From assembly GCA_965248575.1 (NCBI GenBank), contig CBDFJQ010000002.1, positions 352,001-416,000 on the forward strand: 64,000 bases of DNA, read 5' to 3'. The notes beneath the pieces are model-generated. The model saw only the letters and a program-made list of their open reading frames with translations, was not told the DNA's origin and searched no databases. Position numbers and translations under genes: made by a program. Origin of the DNA: Planctomycetota bacterium. GTDB lineage: Bacteria > Planctomycetota > B15-G4. Below are positions 9,990 through 19,000 of this stretch, piece by piece. Each line of letters starts with the position of its first letter. Positions within the stretch are counted from its first letter, which is position 1.

Positions 9990-12053
9990 ATGGCGACGCG
10001 ACGCGAAAAGCACGAGGGGCAACAGAGCCGACGGGCCAAGACGTTGCGCATTGCGCGGGACGAACGCATCACGAGCGGAGAGTTCCGTTCGGAGTACCCG
10101 CCCTTGCCCGCCGAACGGGAAGGCTATTTGACGCCTCCCGACGACGCATCGGGAGAGGGCACCCAGGACGAGCTGGCTGCGCAGGGTGGCGGGGGCGGCA
10201 CGTTGTCCGTACATGTGGGTTCGGTGGTGGACGGCTACCGGGTGAAGCGGCAGATCGGCCGCGGCGGCATGGGCGTCGTCTATGAGGCCGAGCAGATCTC
10301 CCTGGGGCGCACGGTCGCGCTCAAGGTCATGCCGCCCGCAGCCGTCCACAACGAGCGCTCCATGGATCGCTTCCGCGGCGAAGCGACGGCGATCGCCCGG
10401 CTCTCTCACCCGCGAATCGTCGCGGTGCACGGCTTCAACGTCAGCGGCGGCGTGGCTTATCTGGCGATGGAGTACGTGGATGGCCTCGACATGGCAGAGG
10501 CCATCGACCGGCTCAAGACCGCGCGAACCCACGGTCGCCGCTTCGTGCGCATCTCAGGGCCAAACCTCGAACAGGACATCAGCGATTGGGCCCGTGGCCG
10601 CAAGCTGATGGGCACCATGCCGGGCGACCCGCGGATCCGCTCGGGAGTCGTGATCGACCTGCGAAACCCCTTTCCCATGATGGCCGCCATGGTTGCGGAC
10701 GTCGCGGATGCGTTGCGGCACGCCCACGCCCATGGCGTCATCCATCGCGATCTGAAGCCCAGCAATCTGCTGCTCGACAGCGAAGGCCGCATCAAGCTGT
10801 CTGACTTTGGCTTGGCGAAGAGCGCGGACGCAGCGAGTGTCACGGAGACCGGCGACTTCGTGGGCTCACCGGCCTACGTCAGCCCGGAGCAGGCGTCGAC
10901 GCGTCGGGCGGGTGTCGACGAGCGCACCGACGTCTATTCGCTCGGCGTGACGCTCTACGAGATGCTCACGTTGCACCAGCCGTTCGTGGGCAAGAACGTC
11001 GCTGTCATCCTGCGCAACATCCTGACGGGTGATCCCCCGTTGCCCAGCAAGCTGGCACCGCGCATTCCCCGTGAGCTCGAGACCATCGTGTTGAAGGCCA
11101 TCGAGCGCGATCCCCAGAAGCGCTATCAGTCTGCGGAGGAGTTCGGCGATGATCTGCGCCGCTACCTCAACTTCGAATCCATCACAGCGCGCCCGTTGGG
11201 ACGGGCCGCGCGGGTCTGGCGTGGAGCGCGGCGACACCGGGTTTCCTTGTCGCTGAGCATCATGGGTGCGCTCATTGTTGGCCTGGTGGCGGTGCTGGCC
11301 GCGAAGTTCACCGAGGAGCCCAACCACGAAGACGTGGTGCGTCGGATCCTCGCTTCTGGTGCGCAGAATGGCGTGGGCTCGGTGGGAGTGGCAGAGCTGC
11401 TGGCACAGCTGTCCACGGCGGGAACTCCAGCGGGAGTTCGCGCTGCGGTGAGCCAGGTCTCCCTGGAAGCGCGGCGTCTGCTGGCCGAAGGCGACCTGGC
11501 CGGCTTGATGGAGTTGCTGGCCGTCATGGACGCTCAAGCTGGCTTGATCGATTGGCGCGATGGCGAAGATCAGTTGCTGGCGACGAACGTGCGCGGGGTG
11601 AAGATCAGGCTCTGTCGCGAGCTGCGCCGCAAGCTCATGCAGAGGGAGGGCGACCCGCGCACGCGCCGCGCATGGCTCGGTGCGCTGGAACGCTTGTTGG
11701 ACGACAAGGACTGGCAGGTGTGCAAGAACGCGGCCGCAGCCCTGGGGGATGTGGCGGCGCTCTCGTCGTTGGGAGCCCTGCAGGACAGCCTGGCCCGACG
11801 CACGGACGTAGCCGGCAAGGTGGCCTTGATCCGCGCGCTGCAGGACTACGGGCATCTGGACGCGGTGCCGTTGTTGGCGGGGGAGCTGCGTGACGCCGAC
11901 CCCTGGGTGCGGCTCGCCGCCCTGGACGCCCTGGATGCCCTGAACCCCGATCAGCTTGTGGATCTCATCTCGCCCCTGTCGCGTGACCCGGAGGATTGGG
12001 TGGTTTATCGCGCCGAGGGCGTGCGCGCTCGCCACCGGGCGGAACAGCGATGA
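9990..12053 (+). CDS. Ser/Thr protein kinase with TM segment and C-terminal HEAT repeats
   Basis: GRGGMGVVY, VALK, HRDLKPSN, DFG, SPEQ, DVYSLG, then a hydrophobic segment and VRLAALDAL-type repeats. Confidence 0.93.
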   Translation: MATRREKHEGQQSRRAKTLRIARDERITSGEFRSEYPPLPAEREGYLTPPDDASGEGTQDELAAQGGGGGTLSVHVGSVVDGYRVKRQIGRGGMGVVYEAEQISLGRTVALKVMPPAAVHNERSMDRFRGEATAIARLSHPRIVAVHGFNVSGGVAYLAMEYVDGLDMAEAIDRLKTARTHGRRFVRISGPNLEQDISDWARGRKLMGTMPGDPRIRSGVVIDLRNPFPMMAAMVADVADALRHAHAHGVIHRDLKPSNLLLDSEGRIKLSDFGLAKSADAASVTETGDFVGSPAYVSPEQASTRRAGVDERTDVYSLGVTLYEMLTLHQPFVGKNVAVILRNILTGDPPLPSKLAPRIPRELETIVLKAIERDPQKRYQSAEEFGDDLRRYLNFESITARPLGRAARVWRGARRHRVSLSLSIMGALIVGLVAVLAAKFTEEPNHEDVVRRILASGAQNGVGSVGVAELLAQLSTAGTPAGVRAAVSQVSLEARRLLAEGDLAGLMELLAVMDAQAGLIDWRDGEDQLLATNVRGVKIRLCRELRRKLMQREGDPRTRRAWLGALERLLDDKDWQVCKNAAAALGDVAALSSLGALQDSLARRTDVAGKVALIRALQDYGHLDAVPLLAGELRDADPWVRLAALDALDALNPDQLVDLISPLSRDPEDWVVYRAEGVRARHRAEQR

Positions 12054-13216
12054 ACCTCCGAGCCTTGGGGCGTGGCTGGGCGGGTGCGTGGGCGCTCGTC
12101 GTCGGCTTCCTGTTGACGGCCTGCGGCGGTCCGGAGCCTGCGATCGGTGTCCTCCTGCCGCGCAGTGGTGCGCGGGCCGTTGCGGGGAAGGGTGCCCTCG
12201 CGGGATTCATGCTGGCCCTGGATGAGCTGCCCGAGGGGGAGCGCCCGCGAATTCTCTACGCCGACGACGGCGGGGATGCCGTGGCAACCACGGCGGCCTT
12301 CGAGTCGCTCGTGGAGCAGGGAGCCACGGTGGTGATTGGTCCCCTGGACACCGACTGTGCCCTCGCCGCCTCGGAGGTGTCGCGCAGGCGCCGGGTGCCT
12401 TTCCTGTCGCCGTCCGCAACCGGCGACGATGTCACCCGCAACAACGGCTACGCCTTGCGATTCTGCGCGGGCGATGCCGAGATGGCACGCGAGCTCGCGA
12501 CCCACGCGCGCTACGCCCTCCGGCTTTCGCGCGTGGCCGTCGTGGTGGACCTGGCGAGCCGACACGCGCTGGGCTTTGCCGAGGCGTTCTCGCGCGAGTT
12601 CCATCTGCGTCGGGGGCGGATTGTCGGAGAGTTGGGGTTCCACTCGAGCGACGACGACCGGGATTCCCTGCTGGATCGAGCGGCGAAGCTCCAAGTCGAG
12701 GCAGTGCTGCTCATGGCGTCCCACGATGATGCTCTGGGCATCGTGCAGGGGGCGCGCAGCACGGAAGCTCGGGAGCTGGCGCTCTTGGGGGCGAGCGACT
12801 GGGAGGGCGAGGCCTTGGACCAGGCGCTGGGGGCCCGGCCGGGCTCGGCCTGGAGGGTCAGTCACTTCCATCCCGAGGAGGCCCAGGCCAGGGCTCCAGG
12901 CGCGGTGGGAGGGGGGGCGCCGGCCGGGGGCGTTTCGGTGGCGGGGTTCGTGGACGCCTTCCGGGCGCTGCACGGCGAGACCCCGTCGGATGTGGCGGCG
13001 CTGACCTATGACACGGCTCGAGCGGTCATCTCGGTCTTCGATGCCAGCGCAGACGGCTCCGAGATGGCGCACCGACTACGGGACCTCCAGTACTTCGTGG
13101 GGGTGACAGGCACGGTTCACATGGACACCGGGGGGCGCCCCCGAGCCAAGACTTTTGTGCTTGAACAACTGCACCAGGCTGACCGACCCAGCTTTTTTCA
13201 GCGTTTGGGCGACTGA
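12050..13216 (+). CDS. LivK-like periplasmic solute-binding lipoprotein
   Basis: Lipobox FLLTAC, IGVLLPRSG, VVIGP, SPSAT, AALTYD, FVGVTG. ATGA overlap with the kinase. Confidence 0.85.
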   Translation: MNLRALGRGWAGAWALVVGFLLTACGGPEPAIGVLLPRSGARAVAGKGALAGFMLALDELPEGERPRILYADDGGDAVATTAAFESLVEQGATVVIGPLDTDCALAASEVSRRRRVPFLSPSATGDDVTRNNGYALRFCAGDAEMARELATHARYALRLSRVAVVVDLASRHALGFAEAFSREFHLRRGRIVGELGFHSSDDDRDSLLDRAAKLQVEAVLLMASHDDALGIVQGARSTEARELALLGASDWEGEALDQALGARPGSAWRVSHFHPEEAQARAPGAVGGGAPAGGVSVAGFVDAFRALHGETPSDVAALTYDTARAVISVFDASADGSEMAHRLRDLQYFVGVTGTVHMDTGGRPRAKTFVLEQLHQADRPSFFQRLGD

Positions 13217-13224
13217 TTTCGGAC

Positions 13225-13272
13225 ACCCCACCTGTTTGGGGCCGGGGCTTTCGAAAGCCCCAGATGTTGTGT
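13225..13272. promoter_or_regulatory. Tandem NrdR boxes
   Basis: ACCCCACCTGTTTGGG (13225-13240) and GCCCCAGATGTTGTGT (13257-13272; reverse complement ACACAACATCTGGGGC), 32 bp apart, directly upstream of nrdR. Confidence 0.75.
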
Positions 13273-13342
13273 GATACTGCGCCCTTGTGCGACGCCGAGG
13301 GCTCGGGATCGTCGCTGCAGCCAAGGTGGAGAAAACCTCGGG

Positions 13343-14179
13343 ATGCGCTGCCCGTACTGCAAGGCCAACAACGACCGCGTGGTGGATTCACGGACCTCTG
13401 GCGAGGCTGACGTCATCCGGCGGCGTCGGGAGTGCCTGGAGTGCGATGGCCGCTTCACGACCTATGAGAAGGCCGGAGAGGCCACTCTGCGGGTGGTGAA
13501 GAAGGACGGCACGCGGGTGCCCTTCGACCGGGACAAGCTGCTCTCGGGCCTGCATGTGGCCTGTCACAAGCGCCCTGTGGAGACGGGCACCCTCGAGAGC
13601 ATCGTCACTGACATCGAAAGCCAGTTGCACGAGATGTTCGACAAGGAGGTGGCGAGCAAGTTCATCGGGCACCTGGTGATGGACGCCTTGCGGGGCCTGG
13701 ATCAGGTGGCATACGTCCGTTTCGCGAGTGTTTACCGCGAATTCAAGGACGTGAACCAGTTCCTGGATGAGCTCAAGCCCTTGCTCGCCAGTGGGGATTC
13801 CGACAGCGGCGGGCAACGACCCCATCCCCATCCCAATCCCCAGGGGCGACCGCCTCGTCCGCCAGGGGGCTCTGCTGGTCCCGGAGGCCTCGGCAGCGAG
13901 AGCGGAGGCCCCGATGGAAGCCCTGATGGAGGGGCCCTGGACACCCCCAATGAGTCCAAGCCCGGGCCCGATGACGGGCTGCGCGGCAAGGGACCTTCGG
14001 CTTCGGGCGGCTCGCGCACCCGGGCTCGTGAAGCTTCACCTGCGGCACCCACGTCGGCCCCCCAGATGACAGCCGGAGCCTCAGCGAGCACATCCCTGAG
14101 TGCTTCCGGGACTTCGACCGGGAGTTCGACCGGCGGCCACCCCGACATGGATGGAGACCTGCGTGCGCCGAAACGCTGA
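13343..14179 (+). CDS. nrdR: Transcriptional repressor NrdR with long low-complexity C-terminal tail
   Basis: MRCPYC...VVDSR...RRRREC..C..RFTTYE, ATP cone (VVKKDG..PFDRDK) and DQVAYVRFASVYREF. Confidence 0.97.
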   Translation: MRCPYCKANNDRVVDSRTSGEADVIRRRRECLECDGRFTTYEKAGEATLRVVKKDGTRVPFDRDKLLSGLHVACHKRPVETGTLESIVTDIESQLHEMFDKEVASKFIGHLVMDALRGLDQVAYVRFASVYREFKDVNQFLDELKPLLASGDSDSGGQRPHPHPNPQGRPPRPPGGSAGPGGLGSESGGPDGSPDGGALDTPNESKPGPDDGLRGKGPSASGGSRTRAREASPAAPTSAPQMTAGASASTSLSASGTSTGSSTGGHPDMDGDLRAPKR

Positions 14180-14192
14180 CGCTCCAGGCCCC

Positions 14193-16070
14193 ATGCTGAT
14201 CCTCGACCGGGACGGTCGAGCCCTGCCCTTCGATGCGCGTCGACTCGACGCGTCGATCCGGCGCATCTTGTCCGTCCTGGATCCGGGTGGCAGCAGCGCG
14301 GAGGCCGAGGACCTGTCCCGAGTGGTGGGTCGCTTCCTGGAGTGCTCTCTGGAAACGGCTCGCTCACAGAGTCAGGCACAGGGCCAGGGATCGGCGGGGA
14401 CTGCCGACCCCGCAGGCGTAGCGACCAGCGAACGCACGCTGTCCGTGTCCGCGCGAACCTTGAGCGCGGAGACCCTGGCTGGCTACGTTTTCCAGGTCTT
14501 GCAAGGAGCGGGCCACGAAGAGGCTGCCCGGCTGTACGCCCAGGCGCGCAACGGCGGCGGAAGAGGCCTCGCCGTCCGGGTGTCCGATCTCATCGAGGCC
14601 GAGGTCGAGCTCCCCCGCGCCGAAGCGGTGCGCATTGGAGAGGACGTGGAACGGGGGCTGCTGGCCGCGGGTCTCAGGGATCCGAGCGTCGGCTTGCTCC
14701 GAGAGTGGGTCGACCACAGCCTGCGTCAGAAAGGCGTGGGACGGAGCCTGTCCGCGCGGCCATCCGTCGGCTTGGCCGCGGGAAGCCTGAGGAACTTGCT
14801 GCGCGCAGGGAAGCCTGGGTTGGCCGCGGAACAGCGCTGCGCCGAGGAGCTGCTGCGCACCTATGCGCTGCGGGACATCCTGCCCTCCGACGTCGCCGCA
14901 GCCCACGCGAGTGGGCGGCTGGATATGGGCGGTCTGGCTTCTCGGAGCCGGGTTCACGGCGTCTGCCTGGCGCCCTGGAGCTTGCCTGCCCTACGCCAGG
15001 CGTCGCCCGCCGGGCGCATCGCCATGCTCGGCGAGGTGTTGCGCGAGCTGGCGGAGCTCACCTCGCACGAGGTGCGGGTGCTCTGGAACGGCCCCGCGCC
15101 CACGGAACCCGATCTGCAGCAATTGGAGCACCAGTTGGTGGCTCCACACGGCGGGGGCGCGCGCATCGTTTTGTGCGTCGACGGCTCAAGGGCGGACCTT
15201 GTGCGTGCCTTCTTGGCTCGACCGTCCCTCACCCGGGCTTGCCGCATCCGGATCCATGGGCCGCAGATTGACAGCACATTGTTGCCCGAGATCGCGGCTC
15301 GCTCCCCAGCGCAGCAAGGCTACGTCGAAGTGACCCGCCGCGGGCCGCGCCCCGGAGTCGTCGCAGGCTCCTGTGCCGTGAACCTCCTGAGGCATGCCTT
15401 GATGACCCGCGGGGAAGAACCGGGTCGATTCCTGGATCTTGTTCAGGAAGCAGCGGGCTTGGCCGCCGCCGGCTTGGCGGCCTGGCATGACCTGGGCCTG
15501 GGAGTCGCGGCCGCCGACGCGATTGCGGAGCGGCTCGGACAGCGGCTGCCAGAAAGTTGGTGGCTCGAACCGGCGGGCATGGTCCAGGCGCGGGTCGTCC
15601 TGCTCGGTGCCGGCGGCCGGGCCCGGGACAACGGCCGCGACCTGGCCGTGGCGGTGGGGGAACGCTTGCGGCTGGGTTGGAGCGAGCGCTGGCCGAACGA
15701 TCCGGGCGAGGACGTCTGGGCTCCCGAGCGCGAGGCCAACGGGCCCAGCAATCTGGAATTGTTGCCGGCATCAGCCCGTGCCCAGCGCCGCTTCCAACGC
15801 CTGGATTTGCCTTCCAAACGCTCGCCAGCGCGTCGCAAGGGCGGCGCTTCTGAACAAGAACCTCTGGGCGAAGGCGAGACCTTTTCCCACGATGGGGAAG
15901 CAGACCCCGCAGCTCGGGGTCGGGAAGTGGTGCTTCTCCGCAGGTGTCTCGGGTGCGCCGGACATGCACCCGCTCCGCGCAAAGCCTCAGATGCAGGCGT
16001 GCGTGAATCCTTTCTCCGTGCTTTCTTAGAACCTTCCCTGGACGAAGCAGATATCGCTCCATGCGCCTGA
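14193..16070 (+). CDS. Double ATP-cone, NrdD-like protein apparently lacking catalytic motifs
   Basis: ILDRDGRALPFDARRL ATP cone, a second cone-like segment (AVRIGEDVE...GLLREWVDHSL), and YALRDILPSDVAAAHASGRL, which resembles NrdD YAL...AH..G.IHIHD. Confidence 0.6.
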   Translation: MLILDRDGRALPFDARRLDASIRRILSVLDPGGSSAEAEDLSRVVGRFLECSLETARSQSQAQGQGSAGTADPAGVATSERTLSVSARTLSAETLAGYVFQVLQGAGHEEAARLYAQARNGGGRGLAVRVSDLIEAEVELPRAEAVRIGEDVERGLLAAGLRDPSVGLLREWVDHSLRQKGVGRSLSARPSVGLAAGSLRNLLRAGKPGLAAEQRCAEELLRTYALRDILPSDVAAAHASGRLDMGGLASRSRVHGVCLAPWSLPALRQASPAGRIAMLGEVLRELAELTSHEVRVLWNGPAPTEPDLQQLEHQLVAPHGGGARIVLCVDGSRADLVRAFLARPSLTRACRIRIHGPQIDSTLLPEIAARSPAQQGYVEVTRRGPRPGVVAGSCAVNLLRHALMTRGEEPGRFLDLVQEAAGLAAAGLAAWHDLGLGVAAADAIAERLGQRLPESWWLEPAGMVQARVVLLGAGGRARDNGRDLAVAVGERLRLGWSERWPNDPGEDVWAPEREANGPSNLELLPASARAQRRFQRLDLPSKRSPARRKGGASEQEPLGEGETFSHDGEADPAARGREVVLLRRCLGCAGHAPAPRKASDAGVRESFLRAFLEPSLDEADIAPCA

Positions 16071-19000
16071 CCCGCATCGAAATTCACGGTTTTAAGTCCT
16101 TCGCTGACCGCACCAACCTGGACCTGCCCGCTGGCCTGACGGCCATCGTGGGGCCCAATGGCTGTGGGAAGTCCAACGTCATTGACGCGGTGAAATGGGC
16201 GCTGGGTGAGCAAAAGGCGTCGGCCTTGCGTGGCGCCGAGATGCTCGATGTGGTCTTCAAGGGCAATGGTGCCCGGGGTGCCCGGAACTTCGCCGAGGTC
16301 TCGTTGCTGTTCGACAACAGCGACGGCGTCATGCGCACTGAGTTCGCCGAAGTGGTCATCACTCGGCGCTTGTTCCGCAGTGGCGAGAGCGAGTATCTGA
16401 TCAACAAGCGGTCCGTTCGCCTCAAGGATGTGCGCGACCTGCTCATGGACACGGGCTTGGGGACCGGTGCCTACTCCGTCATGGAGCAGGGGCGCATCGA
16501 CGCCGTGCTCTCCGCGAACGCCCCCGAACGCCGCCGCATCTTCGAGGAGGCAGCCGGGATCAGTCGCTACCGCGCGCGCCGTCGCGAGGCGGAGTCCAAG
16601 TTGGCGCGCACACAACAGAACCTCGAACGGCTGGCAGACATCGTCGAGGAGCTGGAGCGCCGCGAGCGCTCGCTCAAGCAGCAGGCCGGCCGCGCGCGGG
16701 CGTACCTGGCGGCGCGGGATCGGATCCAGCTGCTCAAGTCGCGCTTCTACGTCTATCAGTACAAGACCCTCGGTGAGCAACTCACGCTGCAGGACACTGC
16801 GGTGAACGAGTCGGCCGAGAGTGAAGCGGAGGCGCGCAAGGATGTCGACGCCGCCCGTGCCGAAGTGGCCTTGCTCCAGTCGCGCTTGAGCGAGTTGCGC
16901 GGGCACGTGGATCAGGCGGCCGAGGCATTCCGGAAGGCGTCGGGTGAGGTGGAGGCCCTGTCAGAGCGCCAGACCTCCATTCGCGAACGTGCTGCCGAGG
17001 CGGAAGAGCGACAGGCTCTTCTGGAAGCCCGTTTCGCCGGCCTCGAACGAGCCCTGGCCGAGCGCAAGCTGGAGGCCGATGAGGCATCCGCGCGCTTTGA
17101 CGCCGTGGCCATGGAGGTGGCTGGCTGCCAAGCCGAGGTGGACGTGACCCACGCGTCCTTCCTGGCGACGGAGTCCGCGCTGGGTGAGGCGCGCACGGCG
17201 GAGGAACAGCGCCGTCGGGAAGCACGCGCCCGAGTGGAGTCCCTGTCGCGCCTGCGCAATGAGCGCTCCCAGAAGGAGTCGCAGCGAGCAGCGCTGGTCG
17301 CCTCCCGAGAGCGTCTGGACACTCAGCTCCAGGAGTTGGCGGAGAAGAAGGCCGTTCTGTCGTCAGCCCAGGGTGAGTTGTTCTCCGGGGCCCGTGATCT
17401 CGAGCAGACCCTGGCCGTCGCCCAGCAACGGGTGGACCAGTTGCGGGAGCGCCGCGAAGGCCTGGCCACGGAATTGGCGGATCGCGACGGCACTCTCGCT
17501 CGTCGGCGTGAGGATCTCGCCGGCAAGGATTCCCATCGCAAGGCATTGGACGATCTCATCGATCGTCGCGAGGGCGTGGCACCAGGAGCCATCTCCTTGC
17601 TGGACGCCGACCTGCCGGGCGTCGAGGGCATGCTGGTGGATCAGCTGCGCGCACCGGCCGAGCTGGCCGAGGCCGTGGAAGCTGCGCTGGGTGCCAGCAC
17701 CCAGGCGGTCATGGTGCAGGGTCGCGAGAGCGGCTTGGCTGCCCTGGCCCACCTCAACAGGCTGCAGGGCGGGCGGGTTTTGCTCGTGCCGCGAGACGGC
17801 TTGCGCGCCCGGGAGGGTGCTGCGGTTGGTCGGCGGCTCGTGGATTGCATCCAGGTGCCGCTCGAAGAGAACCGAGGCGTCTTCGAGGCGCTGCTGGGCC
17901 ACGTGCGGCTGCTGGAGTCGCGCGACGAGTTGCTGCGCTGCACCCCGGACGGCACGACAGTCTGGGTGACCGCCGAGGGCGACCTGCTCGACGAACGCGG
18001 TGTGCTCAAGGGTGGGAAGGCCGGCGAAGAGGGTGGGCTCATCGCCCGCCAGGCCGAGCGGGATTCCCTGAGCGAAGAATGCGCCATCATGCGGGTGGAC
18101 ATCGAGGCGCTGGGTGTTCAGCGCACCGCCGTCGCCCATGAGCTGGGGGGCGTTGAAGAGACGCTCGTGAGTTCGCAGGCCCATGCGCGCAAGGTGCATG
18201 CGGAGCAGGAGCGAGCTCTTGAGCGGGAGAAGCAGTCCGCCGCTCGACAGCATGCCGTGCACCGTGAGCTGGCTTTCCGTACGGGCGACCGACGGGGAGT
18301 GCAGTTGAAGTTCGACGAAGCGGAGAGCCAACTCTCTGCGCTGGTCACCCGCGAACAGGAGCAGGAAACGCAGGCCTCGTCCGACAAGGAGCAGGAGACC
18401 TTGGCGGAGGAGCGGTTGCGGGCGCGGCAGACGGATGTGCAAGCCCAGCAGGAGGCGCTCTCGGGTGCTCGTCTGGAACTCTCGAAGCGTCAAGAGCGGC
18501 GGGAGGCCCTGGAAGCTGAGCAACGGCACATCCTGCGGGCGGTCGAGGAGCGGACGAAGGATCTCTCCGACGTGCGCGCGGAAAGCGAACAGCTGTCCGG
18601 CCGCCGCGAGCACCTGATCACGGAGCAGGCGGCGCTTGAGGAACGTTCGATTGCGCTGAGCCACGCCCGGGATGAGCGGGCGGGTGAACTCCAGAAGGCG
18701 CGTGAGGCATCCACCGAGATCGGGAACGAGCAGTCGGCCTCCCAGGAACGGGTGACGGAAGCCGAAGGCGTGCTCGAAGGCAGGGCCTCGGTCTTGTCGA
18801 CCCGTCGCTTGGAGGCCCAGGAGACGCGCATCCGGCGCGACGAGTTGCGCCGCCAGGTGCTTGAGGAGTTGGAGGTCGACCTGGAAGTGCAACCCCTGCT
18901 CAGCGCGGGGACGCCAGCGGACGCGGACGCCGAGACGGAGGAGACCGAAAGGGAGGGCGAAGGAGAGCAGACTGCTCTCGTTGTCGCCGCGGACCCAGCG

